NCBI GenBank assembly: GCA_965248905.1
Contig: CBDFKS010000003.1
Span: 11,369-75,368 of the forward strand
Direction of reading: 5' to 3'
Length of the DNA: 64,000 bases
Source: Dehalococcoidia bacterium
GTDB lineage: Bacteria > Chloroflexota > Dehalococcoidia > Lucifugimonadales > JAGWBF01
A program made the translations under genes and the position numbers. Positions 37,025-46,800 of the stretch are shown in pieces (position 1 is the first letter of the stretch; every line of letters starts with the position of its first letter). The notes below the pieces were generated by a model. It made no database searches and was not told where the DNA came from. It saw nothing but the letters and a program-made list of their open reading frames with translations.

Positions 37025-39451
37025 TCAAGGCTCCTCCCAGTCTACCGCACCACGCTCTTTAAAGTCGCCGATCTCCGTATCACTGTACCCCAATTCCCGG
37101 AGTATCGACCGGGTATGCTCGCCTTTCAGGATACCCGGCCCGGCTTTTCCCTTAGTATCGGAGAAGCGCAGCAGCGGGCTGTAACGCCAGAACTTGCCCA
37201 GTCGTTGGGTCTCCACCTCGGTGAGGAACCCGTTTTCCCGCACGTGGGGGTCCTGCTCATAGAACCGGTACATGCTGTGGTCTTCCGCCCGGACACAGGC
37301 CACGTCAGCGGCCGCAAGGAATATCTCCCACTCCATGGGTTCTTTCGTCGCGAACACCGTCCCCAACTCCTCGGCCAGCGCTGCATCATGCTCTGTCCTG
37401 GCGTCACTGGTCGAGAAACGTGGGTCCTTCAGCAGATCAGGTCGCCCTATGGTGTTGCACAGCGCCTGCCACTCCTCGTCGAAGGGACATGCCAGAAACA
37501 CCCAGCCCGACTTCGCCCGATAGAGGCGGTAGAGTGCATTAAGACCGTAGCCTCCGGCATCAGGAGCCTGGCGTACAGGCTTGCCCTCATGCCAGAAAAA
37601 GTCATCGGCATTGGCGTAGGCGTTGTTTCCCAGCATCGTAGACACGATGTATTGGCCCTTGCCCGTACTCTTTCGGGCATATAAACCCAGAAGCATGGCA
37701 ACGGAGTTACCCATGGAGGAGTTATGGTCCGTAGTGCCGTCGTTGGCCCGGCCGAGCTTGTATGACAGCTCTTTGATCTCTTCGAAGGTAATGTCTTGCT
37801 CCGGGGACGGCAGCGTATCTCGACCTATCTGGGTCATGGCTCCGCCACACACTGCACCAGGGATGGGGGCCATGGAGGGCCTATGGGAGTGGGGGCCGGT
37901 GGCCCCATAGCCCCCGGCGTATACATAGACCAGCCCCGGGTTTATCTGAGACAGCTCCTCATATCCGATCCCGGTCCGCTCAGGCGCTCCGGGACGCATG
38001 CTGTGAAGCAGGATGTCGGCTTTGGCTGTTAGCTTATGAATTATCTCTTTGCCTTCCGGGGTCTTGAGATTCAGGCAAAGCCCCTCGGTGCCGGCCATGG
38101 TCCGATGCACCGCAATGCCTTCCATCCCCTGTCTGAGGTAATCTCCGTCGGGAGCTTCAATGCGTATTACTCTGGCCCCAAGCTCAGTCAACAAAGAACA
38201 GCTCAGTGGGCCGTTTATGACGGTGCCCAAGTCCAGTACCGTGACTCCTTCCAGCGGGTAGGTGGGCATCGGGCCAGATGAAGGAGAGGCGGTCTTTACG
38301 TGTCCATTAAGACTGTTGAGCACCTCTTCGGTGTGCTGGCCCGGCCTTGGAGCAGGCGCTTTGGGTCCGCCGGGGGTACCCTCCATTATCACTATGGGCC
38401 CCACCTGGCGCATCTTGCCCGCCACCGGATCATCGATGGCCAGTATATGGCCGTTGTGGATAATCTGAGGATGGTCCATCCCTTCCTGGGCATCCATATA
38501 GGGCTCCGCCGCTACGTTGGCGCTCTGATTCACGAAGATGTCCATCCACTCGTCCATGGTCTTCTCTTGGACCCGCTGAATTATTATGGACTCCAGTGTA
38601 TCCCTGTCTTCCTCAGTCGTCTCAGGCGCCCCCTTGAACCTGGAGTCTTCATAGATGTAGTCCATGTCGAGAGAGTGCATCTCTGCACGAAATAGACGTT
38701 CAACGATGTTAGCAAGCTGAATCCATTTCCCGTCCTTTGTGCGCGCTGTCAGATAGCCATGGGGATTGGGGCGGCCTTGTCCCACATCAGGTTCGATAGG
38801 GAAGGTCTCAGGGTCCTTCGCCATCATCTGGCCATGGACCCATGAGATATGGTCGTAAGGAGTGATGGCCTGTAGCAGGCTTGTCTCGACCTTCTGCCCT
38901 CGGCCGGTCTTATCTCGAACATGCAGGGCGGAGATGACACCTCGAACTACAGCAGCGGAAGCTGAATGGCTGGCGTTCTGGACCGCGGTGTAGTTGGGCC
39001 CATCTCGCCTGTTCTGGCCGGAAAACATCATCATCCTGCCGCTCTTGGCAGACACGACCTCGTCATAGCCTTTGTAGTGGGCGTAGGGCCCCTTCGACCC
39101 AAAGCCGGTGAGGGAACAATAGATCAGGTCCGTCCGGTCGGACTTCAAACGTTCGTAGTCTATGCCCAAGCGTTCGGTTACACCGGGTCGAAAGCTCTCG
39201 ACAACCACGTCAGCCAACTGGGCCAGCCGCTGCACCTTGTCCTGACCCTCGGGCGTCTTTAAGTCCAGAATGACGCTCTTTTTGCCCCGGTTCCACTGGA
39301 TGGCACCCGGCCAGCTACGAAAGGGCTCTCCTCCGGGAGGCTCCACCTTGATAACGTCCGCACCGAAGTCGGACATGATCATCGTGGCGACCCCACCTGG
39401 TCTGCCCCAGCTAAAGTCGAGCACCGTGATGCCTTCAAACACCTGAGCCAT
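37025..39451 (-). CDS. Tandem (fused) family III CoA-transferase, two CaiB/BaiF-type domains in one 808-aa protein
   Basis: N-half: GITVLDFS..G....MIMSDFGADVIKVEPPGG...YDEVVSAKSG. C-half: GVTVLDLGTVINGP.....LTELGARVIRIEAPDG. Confidence 0.8.
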   Translation of the reverse strand: MAQVFEGITVLDFSWGRPGGVATMIMSDFGADVIKVEPPGGEPFRSWPGAIQWNRGKKSVILDLKTPEGQDKVQRLAQLADVVVESFRPGVTERLGIDYERLKSDRTDLIYCSLTGFGSKGPYAHYKGYDEVVSAKSGRMMMFSGQNRRDGPNYTAVQNASHSASAAVVRGVISALHVRDKTGRGQKVETSLLQAITPYDHISWVHGQMMAKDPETFPIEPDVGQGRPNPHGYLTARTKDGKWIQLANIVERLFRAEMHSLDMDYIYEDSRFKGAPETTEEDRDTLESIIIQRVQEKTMDEWMDIFVNQSANVAAEPYMDAQEGMDHPQIIHNGHILAIDDPVAGKMRQVGPIVIMEGTPGGPKAPAPRPGQHTEEVLNSLNGHVKTASPSSGPMPTYPLEGVTVLDLGTVINGPLSCSLLTELGARVIRIEAPDGDYLRQGMEGIAVHRTMAGTEGLCLNLKTPEGKEIIHKLTAKADILLHSMRPGAPERTGIGYEELSQINPGLVYVYAGGYGATGPHSHRPSMAPIPGAVCGGAMTQIGRDTLPSPEQDITFEEIKELSYKLGRANDGTTDHNSSMGNSVAMLLGLYARKSTGKGQYIVSTMLGNNAYANADDFFWHEGKPVRQAPDAGGYGLNALYRLYRAKSGWVFLACPFDEEWQALCNTIGRPDLLKDPRFSTSDARTEHDAALAEELGTVFATKEPMEWEIFLAAADVACVRAEDHSMYRFYEQDPHVRENGFLTEVETQRLGKFWRYSPLLRFSDTKGKAGPGILKGEHTRSILRELGYSDTEIGDFKERGAVDWEEP

Positions 39452-39502
39452 GGCTCATACCTCTGCGACTAGTGCTTAGTCAACCAAAATTTGATAGGTG
39501 CC

Positions 39503-39590
39503 TTTCACCCCCACTCTAACTCTCCCCCGTCGAGGGGGAGAGAACAAGTCCCTTCCCTCTCGATGGGGGAAGGCTAGGATGGGGGTGAAA
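39503..39590. repeat. 88-bp nested-palindrome GC-rich repeat (intact copy)
   Basis: tttcacccccactctaa-CTCTCCCCCgtcgaGGGGGAGAG-aacaagtc-CCTTCCCtctcgatGGGGGAAGG-ctaggatgggggtgaaa. The outer arms are also complementary. Confidence 0.65.
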
Positions 39591-39646
39591 AGATGCATAA
39601 ATTTTAAGGTTGCCTGACTACTAGCATAGCAATAATTTACGCCGAA

Positions 39647-41446
39647 TCAAAGCTTGGGCAGCTCGTCGCCCCGGTCGTAGGTCCAGGCAATAGAGCCGCG
39701 CTCTCGTCTAAGGTTCTCTCTCAGGGCTTCTGTCTCGGTATCATGCACTTTCAGAGTCTCTGGGTCGATAGCCACTCCGTAATCTCGACGAGCGGTCTCA
39801 ACGGAGATCTTTCGGTCTAGTAGGTCGTCAACGACAGCCTGGACCGGCCGTTCTAAGGGGTCTCCATATCCCCCACCGCCGCTAGTCCATAGATAAATGC
39901 GGTCCCCGGTATCGAGGGTGAACACCCGCTTGGAGGGAATTACCTCTTCGCGCCCATCGCTGTACACGATAACGGACCGAGATCGGGCGCCGGGTGTTCC
40001 GCCAAAGAGGCCCCACGGCGGCACGAAGTGTCGCTCCCCACGGTGAGTGAAGATGACCGGCCCCTGCAGAACCTCGTACACCTTCTGAAACCCAAGGCCT
40101 CCACGGAACTCCCCGGCTCCTCCGGAGTCTCGTCGCAGGCCGAACTCCAGGATGCGGATGGGATAGCCCATCTCGACTGCTTCTGTCGGGATGTTATTGG
40201 CATTGGAGGTGTCTGTCTGTATGGCATCGATGCCATCCTTATTAGGGCGGGCACCCATGCCACCCGTGCCCATCTCTCCGGTAACCCATGCCTTGCCCGT
40301 TTCGAGAACAGTACCTCCGAATAGCATGTGCAATGGGTGCCCGTTGGATGCGGCATGGACTCGATCGGGCACGGCCTGGGCCATAGCCCCGATGAAGGTG
40401 TCCACGATACGTCGCAGCGTGATAGCCCGGAACCCGACCGGGGCCGGAAAGCGCGGATTTACCACGCTGTTTTCGGGTAGCTTCACCTTCACAACCCGAT
40501 AGCAACCCCCATTGTTTGGGATAGTCGGGTCGGTGATCGCGCGCACAACATAGTAGATCGCAGACAGAGCTACCGACGGGACACTGTTGATGGGCCCGCG
40601 TACCTGGTCGCTGGTACCCGTGAAATCAACCTCCAGCTCCGTGCCCTTCTTGGTTACCGTAATGCATATCTTAACCCGCCGGTCCAGGTCTATGCCATCG
40701 TTGTCCAGGTAGTCCTCGAAGCTATAGGTGCCATCTGGAATCTCGGCGATCTTGGCCCTGGTCATCGCCTCAGCTCTTTCAACCAGCTCTTTCATGTGGG
40801 CCAGCACAACATCCGTGCCATATTCGTCGAACAGCTCCAGCAAACGGCGCTTTGCCGTCAGGCATGATGCGAGTTGGGCACGCATGTCTCCAAGCACAAT
40901 CTCAGGGGTCCGTACGTTGGACTGGATGATCCCGAATAGGGTTTTATTGGGCACGCCCGCCTCGTAGGCCTTCACCGGGGAGATACGCAGTCCTTCCTGA
41001 AAGATTTCAGTGGAATCGGTCGGCGTGCTCCCCGGTACTTTGCCGCCCATGTCCTGTTGATGGGCCATCGTGGCCGTCATGGCCACCAGTTTCCCCTCTG
41101 CAAATACTGGAGCCACAAGAATAACATCTGGCAGATGGTGAGCACCCACGTAGGGATCGTTGGTACAAAGCACATCCCCGTCCTGCAGTGTCTCCTCAGG
41201 GAAGATCTCGAGCAACTTCTTGACGATGACGGCCAATCCACCCAAATGGACGCCAATCGCCAGGTGGGCTTGGGTGATTGTCTCGCCTTTGGCGTCGAAG
41301 ATCGCGGTAGAGGCGTCCGATCCCTCTTTCGTTGTCGTGGAGTAAGCAGTACGTATCAGAGCCAGCTGCCCCTCATCAGCGATGTTGTCCAGCCGGTTCT
41401 TGATCACCTCTAATGTAACCGGGTCGATAGTAGGGGTGGTCGTCAT
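39647..41446 (-). CDS. Hydantoinase B / oxoprolinase family protein
   Basis: DPVTLEVIKNRL.., the TNDPY.G.HHLPD motif and the ~600-aa length. The start ATG overlaps the hyuA-like stop (ATGA). Confidence 0.85.
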   Translation of the reverse strand: MTTTPTIDPVTLEVIKNRLDNIADEGQLALIRTAYSTTTKEGSDASTAIFDAKGETITQAHLAIGVHLGGLAVIVKKLLEIFPEETLQDGDVLCTNDPYVGAHHLPDVILVAPVFAEGKLVAMTATMAHQQDMGGKVPGSTPTDSTEIFQEGLRISPVKAYEAGVPNKTLFGIIQSNVRTPEIVLGDMRAQLASCLTAKRRLLELFDEYGTDVVLAHMKELVERAEAMTRAKIAEIPDGTYSFEDYLDNDGIDLDRRVKICITVTKKGTELEVDFTGTSDQVRGPINSVPSVALSAIYYVVRAITDPTIPNNGGCYRVVKVKLPENSVVNPRFPAPVGFRAITLRRIVDTFIGAMAQAVPDRVHAASNGHPLHMLFGGTVLETGKAWVTGEMGTGGMGARPNKDGIDAIQTDTSNANNIPTEAVEMGYPIRILEFGLRRDSGGAGEFRGGLGFQKVYEVLQGPVIFTHRGERHFVPPWGLFGGTPGARSRSVIVYSDGREEVIPSKRVFTLDTGDRIYLWTSGGGGYGDPLERPVQAVVDDLLDRKISVETARRDYGVAIDPETLKVHDTETEALRENLRRERGSIAWTYDRGDELPKL

Positions 41447-43503
41447 TGGGATGCCCTCCGTTCCAGGGTAAGCAGCAGGTTCCCGAAATTGTCCACCTTG
41501 CACAGCTGTCCAGGATAGACCACAGTCGTGGTGTCTGGCTGCTCGATGATAGCCGGCCCCTGGAACTCACAGCCAGCAGGCAGCCTGTGCCTGTCGAACA
41601 CCGGGGTCTCCACTCCCTTTGGATCACCGGGAAAGATGGCCTGACGGGTAAATTTCGGCGTGGGGACACCTTCATTCCTTACAGGAAACCGGGGTACGTT
41701 GCCCAACGGGTAGGAGTGGGTGCTGCGCAGGTTGACTATTTCTACTTCCTGGTTTTCACGTTTTATCCCATAGACTTGGTCGTGGGCCTCGTGGAAGGTG
41801 TTTATTAAATTATCACCCGTCTCATTGGTAACGGGAGGGGTAATAGTCACTCGAATATCGTAGGCCTGGCCAAGATACCGCATGTCGGCCTCCCAGACTA
41901 CCAAGACTCCATCAGCAGGGACCTGCTCCTCAACCATCAGTTGGGCATTCACCTGGTCCAACTCTGCCAGGACTGTAACCATGTCGCTTGGTTTTAGACT
42001 GGCTGGACTTAGATGTATACTTCTAACTTGCTCGTGGCGGATACTGGCCACCAAAAGTCCCAGGGCCGAAAGCACTCCCGGAGAGAGGGGCACGATGGCT
42101 AACGATACGGGGAGAGTTTGCATTATCGCTCCCCCATGTACCGGTCCAGCTCCCCCTGTAAGAACCAGGGCAAAGTTACGTGGATCGTGTCCCCGGCGAA
42201 CGGACACCAGCCCAATCTCATCGGCCATCCTGGCATTGACTATACGGTGGACCGCCAGGGCCGCTTCCGCGACGCTCATATCCAGTGGCCTAGCGACTCG
42301 CAGGAGGGCAGCCTCCGCCTGAGCGGTATTGAGATGTATGGAGCCGTCTCCGAAGTACTCGGGGTTGAGATAACCTAGAATTAGACTGGCATCGGTAACC
42401 GTCGGTTCAGTGCCATCTCTGCTGTAGCACGCGGGTCCGGGTTCGGCACCGGCGCTTCTAGGTCCAACCTGGAGCAGCCCGGCGCTGTCCAACCAGGCTA
42501 TGCTGCCACCACCCGCACCTATGGTGTTGACGTCGACCATGGGTATCTGGAGAGGGTATTTGCCTAACCGTCCTTCAGTGGACACCAGCGGTTGGCCTTC
42601 ACGTATTAGCGCCACATCGCAGCTAGTCCCACCCATATCCATGGAGATAAGCTGGCCATAGCCGGCCTGCCCACCCACATACTGGGCGCCAATGACGCCG
42701 GCGGCGGGTCCGGAACATACCAGAGACACCGGACGTTGCAGCGCCAGGTGGGCAGCGGTGATTCCACCAGAGGACTGCATGATCTGAAGGTGGGCATTGA
42801 TCTCGGCGTCGTGGCGTCGAGAGTCCAAATCGTGAATATACCGGCTGGCGACGGGAGCGATATAGCTGTCGAACGCCGTGACACACAGCCGCTCGTATTC
42901 TCTGAACACGGGGTTTACTTCCGAAGACAGAGATACCGGCAAGTCCGGGTAGAGCTCTCGGATGATTTCCCTGGTCCGAGTCTCATGGGTCGGATTGAGG
43001 AAAGAGAAGAGATAGCAGACCGCAACGGCTTGTACACCCAAATCTTCTCGCAAGTGTATAACGGCCCGTCGGACCTCCTCTTCATCCAATTCCGTTATCG
43101 CGTTACCCTGGGCATCCAAGCGCTCAGGAATCCCGATACGGAACCGGCCTGGCGCCAAGAAAATGGGCGTCTCAGGGTCCATGAAAATGTTATACATGTC
43201 CGAACGCTTGGTACGCCCGATCTCCAGGGTGTCTTCGAACCCTTTCGTCATCAGGATACCGATTACCGCTCCGGACTGCTGAACAATGGCGTTGGTGGCG
43301 GTTGTGGTGCCATGCACGAACCGTTCAAGCTCTTGAGCCGAGATTCCGGCGATGTTCAGAATTTTCTCGATTCCTTCCAGCACTCCTAGGGACAAGTCCT
43401 GGGGAGAGGAATTCACCTTGGTGGACCAGGTACGGCCGGAGTCGGAGTCGTAACAGATTAGGTCAGTGAAGGTGCCGCCCACATCTACGGCAATTTGCTT
43501 CAA
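41443..43503 (-). CDS. Hydantoinase A / oxoprolinase family protein
   Basis: IAVDVGGTFTDL, HGTTTATNA and DMGGTSCDV. The start was chosen at TTG 43503, 5 nt after the RBS ccaggaggagag. The longer ORF to 43629 is unlikely. Confidence 0.85.
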   Translation of the reverse strand: MKQIAVDVGGTFTDLICYDSDSGRTWSTKVNSSPQDLSLGVLEGIEKILNIAGISAQELERFVHGTTTATNAIVQQSGAVIGILMTKGFEDTLEIGRTKRSDMYNIFMDPETPIFLAPGRFRIGIPERLDAQGNAITELDEEEVRRAVIHLREDLGVQAVAVCYLFSFLNPTHETRTREIIRELYPDLPVSLSSEVNPVFREYERLCVTAFDSYIAPVASRYIHDLDSRRHDAEINAHLQIMQSSGGITAAHLALQRPVSLVCSGPAAGVIGAQYVGGQAGYGQLISMDMGGTSCDVALIREGQPLVSTEGRLGKYPLQIPMVDVNTIGAGGGSIAWLDSAGLLQVGPRSAGAEPGPACYSRDGTEPTVTDASLILGYLNPEYFGDGSIHLNTAQAEAALLRVARPLDMSVAEAALAVHRIVNARMADEIGLVSVRRGHDPRNFALVLTGGAGPVHGGAIMQTLPVSLAIVPLSPGVLSALGLLVASIRHEQVRSIHLSPASLKPSDMVTVLAELDQVNAQLMVEEQVPADGVLVVWEADMRYLGQAYDIRVTITPPVTNETGDNLINTFHEAHDQVYGIKRENQEVEIVNLRSTHSYPLGNVPRFPVRNEGVPTPKFTRQAIFPGDPKGVETPVFDRHRLPAGCEFQGPAIIEQPDTTTVVYPGQLCKVDNFGNLLLTLERRASQ

Positions 43504-43721
43504 GTTAGCTCTCCTCCTGGGGTAAGTGGCCGGGAGACACGGTCTCACTGCATACACGGCCGTACGTAAGATGGGCCAATATACCATTTTCATTTTCGGT
43601 TCGCAACCCGTCATGCGTTCGGCGACCAAGTCTGAATGCAGTATGATTCTGCCTTAATATGGTTGCATCATGTGACAGGTGTCTCATCGGATATTAAATG
43701 CACCCTATTGTGCGTGGATTG

Positions 43722-43751
43722 TTGACGACATAGGCAACGCGTCACTACAAT
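43722..43751 (+). promoter_or_regulatory. Candidate promoter for the ABC locus (TTGACG, 18-nt spacer, TACAAT)
   Basis: Read directly in the 395-bp divergent intergenic region. Confidence 0.3.
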
Positions 43752-43898
43752 GGCTTTCATTGTACGCGGGCCGCATCTAGCTTGTGCTCACCGGTCGTAG
43801 AACTTGAAACCCAAGCTTGAAAGAGTAATAGAAACCATGCTCGGGCTTTTGGCCGTGAATTGGCCGGTCTCTGTATGCCCTCAAAGGGACCGTCGGCG

Positions 43899-46800
43899 AT
43901 GAACTGGATCAGGGCACTACTTTGGCTGTTGCCGCTGCGCCTCCGCTCCTACTGGGTGCTCCTATCCGTGAGCGCATTTGGCATCCTTGCAGCCGTCACG
44001 GTCATGTCGGTTGGGGCAATCTACTCCCGGACTTTGGCCGAGGGAGGGTTGCGCCACGCTCTCGCTTCAGTGAATCCCATGACCATGAATGCTCAATTGA
44101 TCGTCCATAACAGGCCCATGGGTCACGCGGACTACAAAACGCTACGCTCCACCGTGGAAGACATGATCGAGCCACGCCTAGGACACCTACAGCGAGATAT
44201 GCAGCGCTATGGTATCGCCCATCCTAACGCGCCAATTGTTTCGGTCCTTGACGGTTCTGCTACGCCAATGGGAGCCCCTCTGGCAAAACCATTTTTCGTT
44301 ACCGAGTTCGAAGAGCACACTCGCATAGTCGAGGGCCGGTGGCCAAACAGCACTCCCAAATTACACCAACGTGGCTTAGACATGGAAGTCGCTTTGGGAG
44401 TTCAAGCTGCTGACGCCGTATCTATGTCTGTGGGCTCCCAGGGATATATCCTGCCATACAGGAACGATCAGTCCGAGTACGTCTCGTTCACGGTGGTAGG
44501 GATCATGGAGCCCATCGACCCATCGGAAGAGTACTGGATGGGCACGGGTCTAACCTATTTCACCGTTGATCTAGTAGCGTTGCAGGATGAGACGGAGATA
44601 GTCCCGATCCCCATGTACCTGCCCGAGGAAGCCTTCTTTAGCGGCCTGGGCGAGAGATTCCGTTCAATGGTTGCAAACTATGGCTGGCTCGTATTTCTGG
44701 ACACTACTCAGCTAACAGCTTCTCAAGTGGGGCCGACTCTCGACGCCATTACAGGACTCGAAACTGACATAAACAAGGAATATCCCCGGTCCTTCCTGCT
44801 CAGCAGACTGGATAGGGTGCTAGAAGAGTTCAAGACGGACCTGACACTGGCCAGGGTGCCGTTGTTCCTGTTTATATCCATGGTTGTCGTGGTTATTCTC
44901 TACTTCCTTGCCATGATAATGGGGATGCTGGCTCGAATCCGCAGCGATGAAGCCAGCCTCTTGAGGAGCAGAGGCGCCAGTATGTTGCAGGTAACCGGGC
45001 TCCTGGCCCTCGGTGAAGGTCTGATAGTCCTGGTGTCCATGGCCGCCGGTCCATTCCTGGCACTGGCGATAGTTCGTTATCTGCTCCTGCGTACCGTAAA
45101 CCCAGCCGGCGAGGAAGGAGCAATAGCTGCGGGCCTTTCCGCGGATATGTTCATTATGGGAGCTATCGGCGCCGTCCTCAGCCTTGCAGTTTTGATGGCC
45201 TCTGGATTGAGCCTGGCACGGCTGGGAATGGTGGAGTTTCTACGGGTCAGGGCCAGACCTCCCACCGTGCCCTTCCTACAACGCTACTACATCGACCTGC
45301 TGGTTCTGGCGGTGGTCGGCCTGGTTTTCTGGCAGATTCAAGACAGGGAAGGGTTTATCGGCCGAGATGTATTGGGCACGTCCCTGGAGGTAGATTCCAG
45401 TCTGCTCCTGGGTCCTGTTCTGGTATTGCTGGCTGCGGCCCTCTTGCTGCTTCGCTTTCTACCCCTGCTAATGCGCCTACTCGCCTGGGCAGGCAGCCGA
45501 ATAACCCCCGCGTGGGCAACCTTCGCGATACTTCGGGTAGCCCGCGACCCTCTACCCCACGGCTCTCTGACGATTATCTTGATGATGGCCACTGCTTTAG
45601 GCATATTCGGGGCTACCTTTCAGTCCACCCTCGCCAGAAACCAGGAGGAACAGGCCCTTTACAACATGGGGGGCGACCTGGTGATCACGGCTCCTTCCAT
45701 CTCATTCCAAACCCAAAGCGAGCTTGCTGAAGTAGAAGGGGTGCGGGCTGTAAGCCCTGTTGACCGCATTCCCGTGACCCTTATTGATGGATTCGCCAAT
45801 GAATCGGTCAATCTTATTGCCATCGACCCAGATACTCTACCTGATACCATCTGGTTCAGGGACGACTTCGCCGGCAAGAGCCTTTCCCAACTCCTTAAGC
45901 CTTTTAATCGTCAGGAGAACACCCTCCCGGTGATAAGTCTGCCTGAAGGTTCTGACACCATAGGCCTGTGGGTGAACCACGCTGGAATAGTTCAGAAAGG
46001 GGGCCTGCAAACCCTCAATCTGTGGATGCGGGTGGCTGACGCCTTTGGAAGATTCAACAATCTGTTCTTGGGTCAGCTCCCTCCACCAGACTCTACGACC
46101 GACGCGGAGGGAGACGATGCCGACGACTCGGAAATAGCCCTGGTCCCCGACTGGACCTACTTTGAGAGGCCCTTACCCCCGGCTGATTCAAGCTTCGTTC
46201 AACCACCATTTAGTTTGGTCTCCATCTTCATTACCGGAAACCCCTTGTCCAGGATGCCCCCCGGCAGTATCGACCTGGACGACATCACTGTTAAAGGGCC
46301 TTTAATTCCCGGTGATGGACTGCTGGTTGAAGGGTACGAGGATGCGGGCCCTTGGAAGCTGATGCCCAACGTGGAACAGGTGGCCGATACCGTGCTCCGT
46401 ACTCCGCAGGCCGCTCGAAGCGGCGGCCACGGGCTCACTTTCTCTTGGCGCGACACTATAGGTGATATAGGGAGAGGTATCCTGATACCTCCAGGCCCGT
46501 ATCCGTTGCCGGCGATCGGGGGCCCGATGTTCGAGCTAAGACAGAAAATCCGCATGAAGATCGGAGTGAACGCCGTTCCCATAATCATAGAGGAGATTAC
46601 CGACTATTTCCCCACCCTTGATCCTACCTTTAGGCCCTTCTTGCTGGTGAGCCAACGGGATTACAGGCAATACATAGCCCATCTACCCAGGGCGACGTTG
46701 GACCCATCTAAAGAGGTTTGGGCGTCTCTTGAGCGCAACGTCCCTCGCGGTACTACCATCTCCTTCATGAAAGATCGGTTGACCGATCTTTCTTTCCTGG

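Noticed and set aside
41443-43629. The long N-terminal extension of the hydantoinase A ORF (MVAERMTGCEPKMK...).
   Set aside because: The conserved family N-terminus (IAVDVGGTFTD) begins right after a TTG at 43503 that is preceded by a strong RBS (aggaggag). The extension is probably untranslated leader.
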